64,000 nucleotides of DNA, taken from assembly GCA_963796275.1 (NCBI GenBank), contig CAWCKY010000002.1, positions 512,001 through 576,000 of the forward strand. Direction: 5' to 3'. This document shows, piece after piece, positions 8,984 to 19,131 of this stretch. This stretch comes from an uncultured Acidobacteriota bacterium. Its GTDB lineage: Bacteria > Acidobacteriota > Blastocatellia > RBC074. Under the pieces are notes generated by a model. That model saw only the letters and a program-made list of their open reading frames with translations, ran no database searches and had not been told where the DNA came from. A program made the position numbers and the translations under genes. The stretch's first letter is position 1. Every line of letters begins with the position of its first letter.

Positions 8984-11900
8984 TCAGTAAGCGCCAAATC
9001 CGCCGCCGCCCGGAGTTTCAATAACAAACACATCGTCCTCCATCACCTCGATTTCATCGGCAAATGACAGCTCTACGCGTTCGCCGCCCGCCGGGTATCC
9101 GGCACGCTCAACCCAATTGCGACCCAATCCGCCCGACTCTCCACCATCAACACCGAATGGTGGCACCAGCCGATGCCCCGACAGAACAGCAGCTGTCATC
9201 GGTTCGAGGAACCGGATGCGACGAGTCGCGCCGTTCCCCCCATTCCACCTTCCGCGCCCTCCACTGCCCTTGCGTATCGAGTGCTCCTCGATCAGAACCG
9301 GGAACCGCCATTCCAGCACTTCGGGATCGGTGAGGCGCGAATTCGTCATGTGCACCTGCACCGCGTCGCATCCGTGGAAGCCGGGGCCGGCACCAGTCCC
9401 ACCGGAAATCGTCTCATAGTACTGGTAGCGCGCATTGCCAAACGTGAAATTGCTCATGGTGCCGCATGACGCAGCCATCACTCCTAACGCTCCAAAGAGA
9501 GCATCGGTAATGCACTGCGAAGTCTCCACGTTGCCGGCGACGGTCGCGGCCGGCGGGCGCGGATTCAGCATACTCCTGTCCGGAATGATGATAGTCAGCG
9601 GTCTCAGGCACCCCGCATTGAGCGGGATATCGGCATCGACCAGCGTGCGGAATACATACAGCACAGCCGCATGCACCACAGCGGCCGGAGCATTGAAGTT
9701 GTTATCGAGTTGAGATGAGGTTCCGGTAAAATCGATCGTCGCGCTACGTTGATCCGCGCCGATGGTGATCTTCACGCGTATCACCGCGCCATTGTCCATC
9801 ACATAACTGAACTCCCCGTTTTTCAATACTCCCAGCACGCGGCGCACGGACTCTTCGGCATTGTCTTGAACGTGACGCATGTAAGCTCTCACGACATCCA
9901 GGCCAAAATGCGTGACCATTTTATGCAACTCCTGAACGCCCTTTTCATTGGCGGCGATCTGGGCTCTCAAGTCCGCCATGTTCTGGTCGATGTTGCGCGC
10001 CGGATGGCGTGCGGCCGCGAGAATGCGCCGCATTCTGTCTTCGAGAATGCTCCCGGCTTCGACCAGTTTCACATTGTCGATCAATACTCCCTCATCTTCT
10101 ATGGTACGGGAGAACGGCGGCATCGAACCGGGAGTAATACCGCCGATGTCGGCGTGATGTCCCCGCGAACCAACGTAGAAAAGCAACTCTCTTCCCTGCT
10201 CATCGAACACAGGAGTGATCACCGTGACGTCGGGCAGATGTGTGCCGCCGTTGTATGGGTCGTTCAATACATAAACATCTCCAGGTACTATTCGTCCCGC
10301 GTTCCGGCGGATCACCGTCTTTATGCTCTCGCCCATAGAGCCCAGGTGCACGGGCATATGAGGGGCGTTGGCAATCAGGTTCCCTTCTGCATCGAACAGG
10401 GCGCAGGAAAAATCTAACCGCTCCTTGATGTTGACCGAATAAGCGGTATTGGCCAGACTCAAACCCATCTGCTCGGCGATCGACATGAAAAGATTGTTGA
10501 ATACCTCCAGCATTACGGGGTCGACCGATGTTCCTACCGCGAACCTGCTCAGGCGGGCCGCGATCCGCTTCAGGACCAGATGATTGAGCGGTGTTACATC
10601 GGCGCGCCAACCGGGTTCAATGATGGTAGTGGCGTTCCTCTCAACAATGATGGCCGGACCAACGATCTGTTGGCCGGCAGCGAGCTCTTCGCGCAAAAAG
10701 ATCGGCGTTTTATGGGTCATCCCTGCCGTGGTCATCTCGACGACTTCGATCGAGCTGGCAGGCTTGTGTGAGCCGCCCGCCGGTATCTCACTGAAGTTAT
10801 CCGTCTTGCCGACAGCCTCTACGGAGATTGCTTCGACGATGATTCCCCGCCCCGGCATGAGAAAACTGAAGCGCTGCTTGTAAGCCACATCGAAATCCCT
10901 TTGCAGATCAGCCAGCCCGCCGTATCCGACGATCAATGCTGTATCTGTGCCTTCATAACGCAGGTGCAAACGCTCTCGTAATTCGATGCATTCGCGGGGC
11001 ACACCCTGATTGAGAATCTCCTGCGTGACGACTTCCCCCAGTCCGTTCAGCTCCATCCGAATTTTAAGGATAACAGACTCATCCATTCGCAGTTCCACGG
11101 CTTTCTCGCGCATCGCCGTTACATCAGCGAGCCCCATGCCATAAGCCGACAATACACCTGCGAGCGGATGGATATAGATGCTGGTCATACCGAGTTCATC
11201 GGCTACAAGGCATGCGTGCTGACCGCCGGCGCCGCCGAAACACGTGAGTGTGTAGCGCGTCACATCGTGGCCGCGCTGCACTGAGATGTGCTTGATGGCG
11301 GTGGCCATGTTGGCTACCGCGACGCGAATGAAGCCTTCGGCGATCTCCTCCGGCGTTTTCCTGATGCCGGTCGCGCTCTCGATCTCGGATGCCATGGCGA
11401 AGAATCTCTCGCGTACGACATCGGCATCGAGAGATTGGTCGCCCTTCGGCCCGAGTACCTTGGGAAAATATCCAGGTTGAATCTTTCCCAGCATAACATT
11501 GCAGTCGGTAACCGTCAGCGGCCCGCCCCGCCGGTAACACGCGGGACCGGGATTGGCGCTGGCCGAATCGGGCCCGACGCGATAGCGCCCGCCGTCGAAG
11601 TGAAGGATCGAGCCGCCGCCGGCAGCAATGGTATGGATCGACATCATGGGGGAGCGCATGCGCACGCCGGCTACTTGAGTCTCGAATTCGCGTTCAAGCT
11701 CGCCGGCGAAATGTGAAACGTCTGTCGACGTGCCGCCCATATCGAAGCCAATCACCTCACCGAATCCGGCCAGTTCCGCTGTGCGCACCATACCGATGAT
11801 GCCGCCGGCCGGGCCGGACAGAATGGAATCCTTGCCCTGAAACCGGCGCGCGTCAGTGAGTCCTCCGTTCGACTGCATGAACATCAAGCGAGCATCGGGC

Positions 11901-12595
11901 AACTCGGCGGCCACCTGATCGACATAGCGCCGGAGTATCGGCGAGAGGTAAGCATCGACCACGGTCGTGTCGCCACGCGACACGAACCTCATCGTCGGGC
12001 TGACCCGATGGGAGACCGAGACTTGAGTGAAGCCGATTTCACGCGCCATCTCGGCCACACGCTGCTCATGTTTCGGAAAGCGGTAACCGTGCATGAACAC
12101 GATGGCAATGCTGCGTAAGCCCTCAGCATAGACAGCCTCGAGGTCCGCTCGCGTGCGTTTCTCATCGATCGGGCTCACGACATCGCCATGGGCGCCGATT
12201 CGTTCCACCACCTCAAGCGCTTTTCTATAGAGCAACTCGGGCAACCGAATTTCGCGATCGAACAGGCGGGGGCGGTTCTGATAGGCGATTCGCAATGCAT
12301 CACCCAGGCCTTTCGTGATGAAGAGCGCCATCGGCTCGCCCTTACGCTCCAGCAGTGCATTGGTAGCGACTGTGGTCCCCATCTTCACGACCTCGATTTG
12401 ATCGACCGGGATAGGCGCTCCGCTCTCAATGCCGAGCATGTGACGGATACCGGCGATTGCCGCGTCACCGTATTGTTCTGGATTGTCGGAGAGAAGTTTA
12501 TGTGTGATGAGCGAGCCGTCAGGACGCTTCGCGACGATGTCGGTGAATGTCCCGCCGCGGTCGATCCAAAATTGCCATCCGGGCGATTGGTGCAT
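8984..12595 (-). CDS. ATP-dependent 5-oxoprolinase (fused hydantoinase A/B)
   Basis: IDRGGTFTD, MGTTVATNALLERKG, LSGPAGG, DMGGTSTD, NIKERLDFSCA, GGTHLPD, ETPGGGGFG. Confidence 0.93.
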   Translation of the reverse strand: MHQSPGWQFWIDRGGTFTDIVAKRPDGSLITHKLLSDNPEQYGDAAIAGIRHMLGIESGAPIPVDQIEVVKMGTTVATNALLERKGEPMALFITKGLGDALRIAYQNRPRLFDREIRLPELLYRKALEVVERIGAHGDVVSPIDEKRTRADLEAVYAEGLRSIAIVFMHGYRFPKHEQRVAEMAREIGFTQVSVSHRVSPTMRFVSRGDTTVVDAYLSPILRRYVDQVAAELPDARLMFMQSNGGLTDARRFQGKDSILSGPAGGIIGMVRTAELAGFGEVIGFDMGGTSTDVSHFAGELEREFETQVAGVRMRSPMMSIHTIAAGGGSILHFDGGRYRVGPDSASANPGPACYRRGGPLTVTDCNVMLGKIQPGYFPKVLGPKGDQSLDADVVRERFFAMASEIESATGIRKTPEEIAEGFIRVAVANMATAIKHISVQRGHDVTRYTLTCFGGAGGQHACLVADELGMTSIYIHPLAGVLSAYGMGLADVTAMREKAVELRMDESVILKIRMELNGLGEVVTQEILNQGVPRECIELRERLHLRYEGTDTALIVGYGGLADLQRDFDVAYKQRFSFLMPGRGIIVEAISVEAVGKTDNFSEIPAGGSHKPASSIEVVEMTTAGMTHKTPIFLREELAAGQQIVGPAIIVERNATTIIEPGWRADVTPLNHLVLKRIAARLSRFAVGTSVDPVMLEVFNNLFMSIAEQMGLSLANTAYSVNIKERLDFSCALFDAEGNLIANAPHMPVHLGSMGESIKTVIRRNAGRIVPGDVYVLNDPYNGGTHLPDVTVITPVFDEQGRELLFYVGSRGHHADIGGITPGSMPPFSRTIEDEGVLIDNVKLVEAGSILEDRMRRILAAARHPARNIDQNMADLRAQIAANEKGVQELHKMVTHFGLDVVRAYMRHVQDNAEESVRRVLGVLKNGEFSYVMDNGAVIRVKITIGADQRSATIDFTGTSSQLDNNFNAPAAVVHAAVLYVFRTLVDADIPLNAGCLRPLTIIIPDRSMLNPRPPAATVAGNVETSQCITDALFGALGVMAASCGTMSNFTFGNARYQYYETISGGTGAGPGFHGCDAVQVHMTNSRLTDPEVLEWRFPVLIEEHSIRKGSGGRGRWNGGNGATRRIRFLEPMTAAVLSGHRLVPPFGVDGGESGGLGRNWVERAGYPAGGERVELSFADEIEVMEDDVFVIETPGGGGFGAY

Positions 12596-12775
12596 GATCG
12601 GTATGATGCAGATATTAATTACAAATGGACACAGGACACAAAAGCGAGATACTCCCGTTGTGACTGTTATTATTATGTGAACCGAAGTCCAACATATTCA
12701 TAATTCACCCGGCACAGCGCGGAAGGAGCGCAATCCCTATAGTTGATGAATTGCCCTATATATTCCCTTCTGACT

Positions 12776-13297
12776 TCAACGCTTTTTCTTCTTCGTCGAT
12801 GACCAGATCATATCCGCGATCGTGTGAGCTTCAGCTCCGATCCATAATCCGATAAAGCCCGCGAGCAGATAGCCCGGCTCAATCGATGTATACAAGTCAA
12901 AGCCGGAGATGTAGATATATTGCGCCTCCTGCAGCACATCTGATTTCCTTCCTATCCACAAGGCATACCAGGACCATCGTAAGACGATGAATAATAAACC
13001 GATCATCACATGAAGATATATGATCCTGGACACTACTCCTATCAACAATCCGTGGCTGAGGATGTGACGATGTGGTAGTGCGGCTTTGTAAGGCCACCAG
13101 ATAAACCTCAACCATCCCCAGCGTATGTATGATTCGCTGTGCAAGTCGAGGTCGGGTGAAAACAGGAGACCGGAGAACAATGTCGATATACCGTAGATGA
13201 AGGTTAGCCTCCATTCCCCAGTATCGTACTGCATCGCCGCCGCACCGAGGGCTGCAACTGCTAAAGTGATCCGATCATGCACTGGGCCATTGGGCAT
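12776..13297 (-). CDS. DUF2227-type putative metal-binding membrane protein
   Basis: MPNGPVHDRIT, LFSPDLDL, RWGWLRFIWWPY, HR..LSHG, H..AD motifs. Confidence 0.8.
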   Translation of the reverse strand: MPNGPVHDRITLAVAALGAAAMQYDTGEWRLTFIYGISTLFSGLLFSPDLDLHSESYIRWGWLRFIWWPYKAALPHRHILSHGLLIGVVSRIIYLHVMIGLLFIVLRWSWYALWIGRKSDVLQEAQYIYISGFDLYTSIEPGYLLAGFIGLWIGAEAHTIADMIWSSTKKKKR

Positions 13298-13309
13298 TTC
13301 CTGCGCCGG

Positions 13310-15190
13310 CTATTTCCTCGCCTGTGGTGTGATCTTCAGTTTCAGCCGTTCACTGCCGCGAATGACTTCGACCTCGTATTCCTGATCGGGCTTCATCTCG
13401 CCGAGAGAATAAGTGTAGTCGTACACATTCTTGATCTCACGCTCGCCCAGCTTTACGATTTTGTCTCCGGACTTGATACCGGCTCTGGACGCAGGGGAAT
13501 CGTCGCGTACGGCATCCAGCAGCATCCCTTCATTCGATTCGGCATAGTTCGGCACATTGCCCAGGTAAACGCGAAAACTCATCGATCGCCCCCCCGAGCT
13601 GCTCCGCGCCAAAATATAGGCCGGACGAGCATCACTGCCGTCGATCGAGCGCACGATGGAACCGACGAGATCTACAACCCGTGCCTCCCCCTCGTAATTT
13701 ATCTTCTCCGCCGTGTCCGAAGGCTTGTGGTAATCCTCATGGCTGCCGGTGTAAAAGAAGAGGACTGGTATCTGTTTTGCGTAAAACGATGAGTGGTCAC
13801 TCGGACCGAAGCCGTCTTCGCTGAGCTGCAGCGTGAATCCCCGCGTTCCGCTGTTGTGGCTCTCTACCAGTTTGCGAAATTCCGCGGAAGTGCCAATGCC
13901 GCCGACCGACAGTTTGCCGTCGCGCAAGCGACCGATCATATCCATATTGATCATCGCCACGCTGTCCGCGAGCGGGACAGCCGGATTATTGACGTAGTGA
14001 TTCGAGCCGATCAAACCGGTCTCCTCCGCGCTGAATGCGACGAAAATGAGACTGCGGCGAGGCTTCGTTCTCTCTGCGTTGAAAATTCGCGCCAGTTCCA
14101 ACAACCCCGCCACCCCCGAAGCGTTATCATCCGCGCCGTGGTGAATTTCGCTCGATCCCGGTGCCCGGCTATTGCTTTCACCGCCGCGACCCAGGCCGTC
14201 ATAATGCGCGCCAATGACGATGAACTCGCGCTTGAGTTTCGGATCGGAGCCCTCGAGAATGCCAACGACATTGTAAGCCGGAACCGACCGGCGCGTGATG
14301 TCGACCGAAAGACTGATCGATTTATTTGCCAGTGTCTGCTCAGACCATTTATCTGCCGACTTTTCCAGTAAGCTGATTTCCGCAGCCCCGGGCAATCCGA
14401 ATATTTTAGCTGCCGCCTGCCGCGAGACGGCGATCACGGGCAATCCGGCTTCGCCCGCAGTCTGGTCGTAACTCAACCGGGACAGGCGGTCATCAGCGAA
14501 CTTTTCATCGCTCGCGATGATGATCAACGCCCTGGCGCCGTGATCTTTAGCGGCAATCGCCCTCCAACGCGCATCCGAATACCGAGAAAACTGCCCATGC
14601 AGATTGTCACCATCCGGTGTGCTCGCGAAGGCGAGCGCGACTTTGTCCTTCGCATCGATGTTCGCGTAGTCGTCGTGTTTCAAATCGGGAGCGGTAATTC
14701 CATATCCCACGAAAACGACTTGCGTCTGCGACAAACTGCCGTTCGAAGAAAATCCGATCGGCATCCAATCAGTGCGCAGTGATATTGAACCTGCATTTCC
14801 ACCCTTCCGAATGTTCAGAGAATTGTTCCTTCCCAACTGGACGGCGGCAATGAACGGAAATTCCTTCAGATACCCCGGATGATTATTTCCGGCGCTCTTG
14901 CATGTGGCTTTCGGTGCGGCGCAATCAAGCCCGTACTCATTAAACTGATCAGCGATATACCGTGCAGCTTTATCGGCTCCGGCAGTTCCCGGTTTGCGGC
15001 CATCGAGGTCATCCGAAGCAAGACGGGTGACGTGTTTTTTCAGCAAATTGGCATCGGGTGAAACCTTGCTGCTCGGCTCCTCGTGATGCGCATGCTGCGC
15101 GAGCCCGGATATCGTCAGAGTGACGATAATAAAGAAGAATAGTGAGAAGCCGCTTCTTCTCATCAGTAATGGCAAACGTCTCATTTTCAA
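13310..15190 (-). CDS. M28 family peptidase with PA and C-terminal PDZ domains
   Basis: GAHYD, GADDNASG, SAEETG, GPSDH, DYHKPSD metal/catalytic motifs; DSPASRAGIKSGD PDZ. Confidence 0.9.
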   Translation of the reverse strand: MKMRRLPLLMRRSGFSLFFFIIVTLTISGLAQHAHHEEPSSKVSPDANLLKKHVTRLASDDLDGRKPGTAGADKAARYIADQFNEYGLDCAAPKATCKSAGNNHPGYLKEFPFIAAVQLGRNNSLNIRKGGNAGSISLRTDWMPIGFSSNGSLSQTQVVFVGYGITAPDLKHDDYANIDAKDKVALAFASTPDGDNLHGQFSRYSDARWRAIAAKDHGARALIIIASDEKFADDRLSRLSYDQTAGEAGLPVIAVSRQAAAKIFGLPGAAEISLLEKSADKWSEQTLANKSISLSVDITRRSVPAYNVVGILEGSDPKLKREFIVIGAHYDGLGRGGESNSRAPGSSEIHHGADDNASGVAGLLELARIFNAERTKPRRSLIFVAFSAEETGLIGSNHYVNNPAVPLADSVAMINMDMIGRLRDGKLSVGGIGTSAEFRKLVESHNSGTRGFTLQLSEDGFGPSDHSSFYAKQIPVLFFYTGSHEDYHKPSDTAEKINYEGEARVVDLVGSIVRSIDGSDARPAYILARSSSGGRSMSFRVYLGNVPNYAESNEGMLLDAVRDDSPASRAGIKSGDKIVKLGEREIKNVYDYTYSLGEMKPDQEYEVEVIRGSERLKLKITPQARK

Positions 15191-15351
15191 TACTCCTGCT
15201 TTAAACTGAATTTCATTGGCATTTTACATCAGGTATTCGAATGCTCAAGATAGTCTTGAGCGGGGCTGGCCGAAATTTACGAGGCGGTCGGCGCTATCGA
15301 CGCAAGTTTATCAGCATCTTGTGCTCGATGCACAGTGAATACCAACGCGAA

Positions 15352-16173
15352 TCACTGCTTCAATACATCACGCAACAATCCCGTCAGCAGCTCGTTGAAT
15401 CGCGCTGGATCTTCCAGCATAGGATAGTGTCCGACGCCCTTCATGATTACAGCGTCGAAATTTGACGCGTACCTGCGGTTGACTTCCAGGTTGGTGGGGT
15501 ACAAGTCAGAGTTTATTGCCCGGATCGGGGCTTTGATCTTTCGCAGTGCAGGGATCGGATCGTATGTCAGAGCTGCTTCCAGAGTTCGAATCGCGATCTC
15601 AGGTTGCGCGGAGGTTGCCTGTGAGATTATGCGTTCTTTAACCGCTGCCGGAGTGTTCGGAACGAAGAGTGACTGTGTCATGAATTTTACAGTCTCACCC
15701 TTGAAATCCGAACGCATATACTTCAAGAAAGCTTCGACCTGTTCCGGGGGCATCCGCTCGCCCACGTCGTTCAAGTCGTCTACTGGCACTATGGCTACCA
15801 CGCGCTCCGGCATTCGCAGCGCCGCCTCCAGAACGACCCGGCCACCCATCGAGCTGCCGATGAGCACGACTCGCTTCAGACCGAGCTTCTCTACTACCGT
15901 CTTGACGTCCTCTCCGAAACGGTTGATGGACCAATCCTTACGCCCTTTACCCGATTCACCGTGGCCTGGCAGGTCGATCGTAACTACCCGGTAACTCTTA
16001 GAAAAAACAGACAGCTGATTATCCCAAAGGTGGCTGTTACACGTCCAACAATGTACGAACACCAGCGCCGGCTCCCCACTGCCCTGATCGTTGTAGTGAA
16101 TGGGAACGCCATCGGAAGCATAGACAACTGCGGCCAGAAGAATGAGAAACCGTAAGATCACGCAATACTCCAC
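15352..16173 (-). CDS. Alpha/beta hydrolase
   Basis: DLPGHGES, GSSMGG nucleophile elbow, GHYPMLE; exact start uncertain. Confidence 0.85.
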   Translation of the reverse strand: MEYCVILRFLILLAAVVYASDGVPIHYNDQGSGEPALVFVHCWTCNSHLWDNQLSVFSKSYRVVTIDLPGHGESGKGRKDWSINRFGEDVKTVVEKLGLKRVVLIGSSMGGRVVLEAALRMPERVVAIVPVDDLNDVGERMPPEQVEAFLKYMRSDFKGETVKFMTQSLFVPNTPAAVKERIISQATSAQPEIAIRTLEAALTYDPIPALRKIKAPIRAINSDLYPTNLEVNRRYASNFDAVIMKGVGHYPMLEDPARFNELLTGLLRDVLKQ

Positions 16174-16195
16174 AATAAAAATTTACCTTCCGCGC

Positions 16196-16583
16196 CTACG
16201 GTACCTTTGTGATCCGCACATTGTCCAGAAAAACTGTATTGTCTCCACCCTTTATATTCGTCACGGCAAACTCCAGGGTGTGCGCCGTTGCGGTGGCCGT
16301 GAAGGTGACTCTGTAATCGGAATAGTTCGTAGCCGTTTGAGGCGGCGTAAAGCGTCCGGAGAGTTGAGATTATCAGGCAACCTGCGATCGCGTTGCTGCC
16401 AGAGGTGACATGCAGTTCGGAACGTCCGGCCATATTGACAGTTATATCGGTCAATGTGCTGAAAATCCGGATGCTGCCACTGATATCTAAGTTTTGTTGC
16501 GCCTTTCCCGCAGGCGGTAACAAAATAAACAGCAAAAGCAGCAGGACTTCGAGCATGCGCGCTGAGAATTTCGTCCCTCTCAT
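16196..16583 (-). pseudogene. Internally deleted, frameshifted remnant of a large secreted carbohydrate-active protein
   Basis: Signal peptide plus QQNLDISG...GRSELHVT...GCLI; a shifted frame then gives NLNSPDA, and another frame gives TNYSDYRVTFTATATAHTLEF...GGDNTVFLDNVRITKVP* (CBM-like C-terminus). Confidence 0.55.
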
Positions 16584-16698
16584 CGTTCTAATATGGGCTC
16601 CTCGAGATGAAGATTGAATTGATAGCCGTTAACAGCTGGCAAACCGGACTACACTGAATTTTTGATTTTCATCAGTGACTTCAAGAAATCAATTAACC

Positions 16699-16777
16699 GC
16701 AACGGGGCAACGGGGCAACGGGGCAACGGGGCAACGGGGCAACGGGGCAACGGGGCAACGGGGCAACGGGGCAACGG
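16699..16777. repeat. Octamer tandem repeat (GCAACGGG), about 10 copies
   Basis: Nine perfect units plus a 7/8 unit. Confidence 0.95.
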
Positions 16778-17138
16778 AGTGTGCCTCGGACACGCAGATG
16801 TGTAACTGATGTTTAGCTTCTGCGATACCCACACTCTCAAGCCTTCGCGGAGAACTGACTTAATCCTCGACCCGATAAGCAGGTTTTGGTTACACGTATG
16901 TTACCTGCAATCTAAGCTGCTTGTGACCCGGATCGCACACATCTCTCGAACGAAGTTGGTTCTGGTTCTGGTTCTGGTGGAACAGTACAACTAAAACAAA
17001 AATATATAGCTTAATACGATTATTTATGAATAGCTTTTGATATCTGTGTGAGGAAGGAACCGCGTTGCCTCACCGCAAACACGATCACGGTAATTGTAGT
17101 TGGCATGCATCTTCTGTGGCAAGACTACGCATAAACCG

Positions 17139-18917
17139 TTATTGCCCGCCGCCCTGGATCCCATAAACCAACGTTTTGGCCTTTCGCGTCTTTACATTCC
17201 GCAACCCCTCCTCGATAAACGGGCTCGTATCGAGAACCGCCAGATAACATCCAGCCGATAAAGATTCCCTGGGATTTACCTCGGAATTGTTGATCATCTC
17301 CAACCAATTATTGGTATATACATTACGCAGTCCATCCGCCGCGCCTGAGGCTTTCAGGTTTATGGGCGTCAACCGCGATTCCGTGCCCGCCTGAATGTTT
17401 GTCGCCGTGTAAAGTTCGCCCGTTTTATCCGCCCACCAGAGCTGGCGAATGTCGGCTCCCAGGCTATTCAGCAGAGCGATCGAACCATTTTCGCGCTCCC
17501 TGACGGTCAATCGTTCGCGACGTACTTCGCTCTTGCGGAACGTGAAATATACGGGCACTCGCGCGGTAATCCATTGCGAAGCGAGATGTTGATCGTGTGT
17601 CCAGTCGATTGTGCGAATCGGCCCGTCACCGTATTTGAGGTTCCAGTACTTTTTCAACATCAACTGAGTATCGTTACTGAAATGAAGTCCATCGGCCGTG
17701 ATCACCGGAGAATAATATCCGAGCCACCCGAGGCTCGTCGCTCGATGAGAGACCTCGTCGAGGATTGTCATGGCTTCCGTACGCGCACTGTCGCTCAGCC
17801 GTTCTCCCAAGAGCGCAGAAGATGAGATGGCGAGAGCAGTCAGCAAGGAAATCGCGGGCAAAGTCCACCACATCTTTTTCTTTCGCCGAGCAAGCCATAT
17901 CAGATTGAGTGGACCGATTACGACGACGAACACAATCATCAAGAGCAAGAAACAACGGACCGGAACCGCTATCCCATCGGTCACTGGAAACTCCCGATTG
18001 ATCTGGGCGAGCGGTGTGGAAAACGAGTCGTCCATCCGCGACCCTACCCAATGGCCCTTGATATCGTTCCATTGGCTCGCCTCTATCTGTTTCGGATCTA
18101 TGTCACCCGTCAGAATCAATGTCCCGAACCCGACATAGTAGACTGGAAGCTCATTCTTTCCTCTGATCGCGCTGATGATCGAATGTCGCCGGCCTTCCCA
18201 CTGATGCGGCACTTCCCACGGTCCGATCACCAGCATCGATCCTCCGCATTCCAGATAACTCCAGAGGGCAGAATGCACCCCTGACGGCATCTCCCGCAGA
18301 TCATCGGAAGTGATAACCAGGCCATCGAATTGCGTATACCCGAGCCAATTGGCGCTCCATTCATCCAGCGGCACATCGTACGGGAGATAGGCGACATCTA
18401 TTTCGCTAGCTTCCTTGAACCCTTCTTCGACTGCCGCTTCAGACATCAGTTTCGTTCGACTCACACTCTGGCTAATCAGCAAAGAAACCCTGTTGTTCGT
18501 CCTCCGGACCCAAGCGCCGGTGCGCGCGGCCTCAGCCGCGACCTCGTCCTTCTGCCGAATGCCATCGATCTCGATGGTGAATCTTCTACCGCCAGCGGCC
18601 AATTGCGGGAGGAAGAGCGAGACCTGCGACGTAGATGATGGAGGCACCATGGCGGTGCGCTTAATAATGATATTGTTCATGCCTGTACTCGATATGACCG
18701 AGTCCAGAATAACCTGGTGGGCGCGCTGGGAAGAAAGATTGGCTATCGTCGCACGGTATTCTTCATACCCGTCGCGATACTCGATGCTCGATGCAATAGA
18801 CTCTACTCTTACAGAAATCTCGCCGAACAGTTTTGTCTGAGCAGAGGTTGTGACGCATGAAATCAGACTCATTAATGCGAAGAGCTGAACCTGTTTGAAG
18901 GTTAATCGTTTTCTCAT
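17139..18917 (-). CDS. Conserved membrane-anchored hypothetical protein (GATase-like middle domain, two TM helices)
   Basis: Signal peptide; WLGYTQFDGLVI, YLECGGSMLVIG; FVVVIGPLNL..LARRKK..WWTLPAISL TM pair. Confidence 0.7.
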   Translation of the reverse strand: MRKRLTFKQVQLFALMSLISCVTTSAQTKLFGEISVRVESIASSIEYRDGYEEYRATIANLSSQRAHQVILDSVISSTGMNNIIIKRTAMVPPSSTSQVSLFLPQLAAGGRRFTIEIDGIRQKDEVAAEAARTGAWVRRTNNRVSLLISQSVSRTKLMSEAAVEEGFKEASEIDVAYLPYDVPLDEWSANWLGYTQFDGLVITSDDLREMPSGVHSALWSYLECGGSMLVIGPWEVPHQWEGRRHSIISAIRGKNELPVYYVGFGTLILTGDIDPKQIEASQWNDIKGHWVGSRMDDSFSTPLAQINREFPVTDGIAVPVRCFLLLMIVFVVVIGPLNLIWLARRKKKMWWTLPAISLLTALAISSSALLGERLSDSARTEAMTILDEVSHRATSLGWLGYYSPVITADGLHFSNDTQLMLKKYWNLKYGDGPIRTIDWTHDQHLASQWITARVPVYFTFRKSEVRRERLTVRERENGSIALLNSLGADIRQLWWADKTGELYTATNIQAGTESRLTPINLKASGAADGLRNVYTNNWLEMINNSEVNPRESLSAGCYLAVLDTSPFIEEGLRNVKTRKAKTLVYGIQGGGQ

Positions 18918-19131
18918 TCATTTATAAAGCATTGCTGAAATGCTTCGGATTGATTCATAGCCAATCCCGAATAATACAAAAATCTCAAAAGATTTCTCAG
19001 CTAGCCGTTTTTAGTCGTATTTGCGATTTGGATGAATTTCTGGAATAAAAATTGAGGAGGCAAACTGCGCCTCCTCGAGAACGGGTCCGAAAAAATTCGG
19101 ACACCTCACCCTGAACATCAGAAGAAAAATT

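Noticed and set aside
16649-16840. ORF with PRCPVAPL repeats
   Set aside because: Simply the translation of the (GCAACGGG)n microsatellite; no RBS or domain evidence
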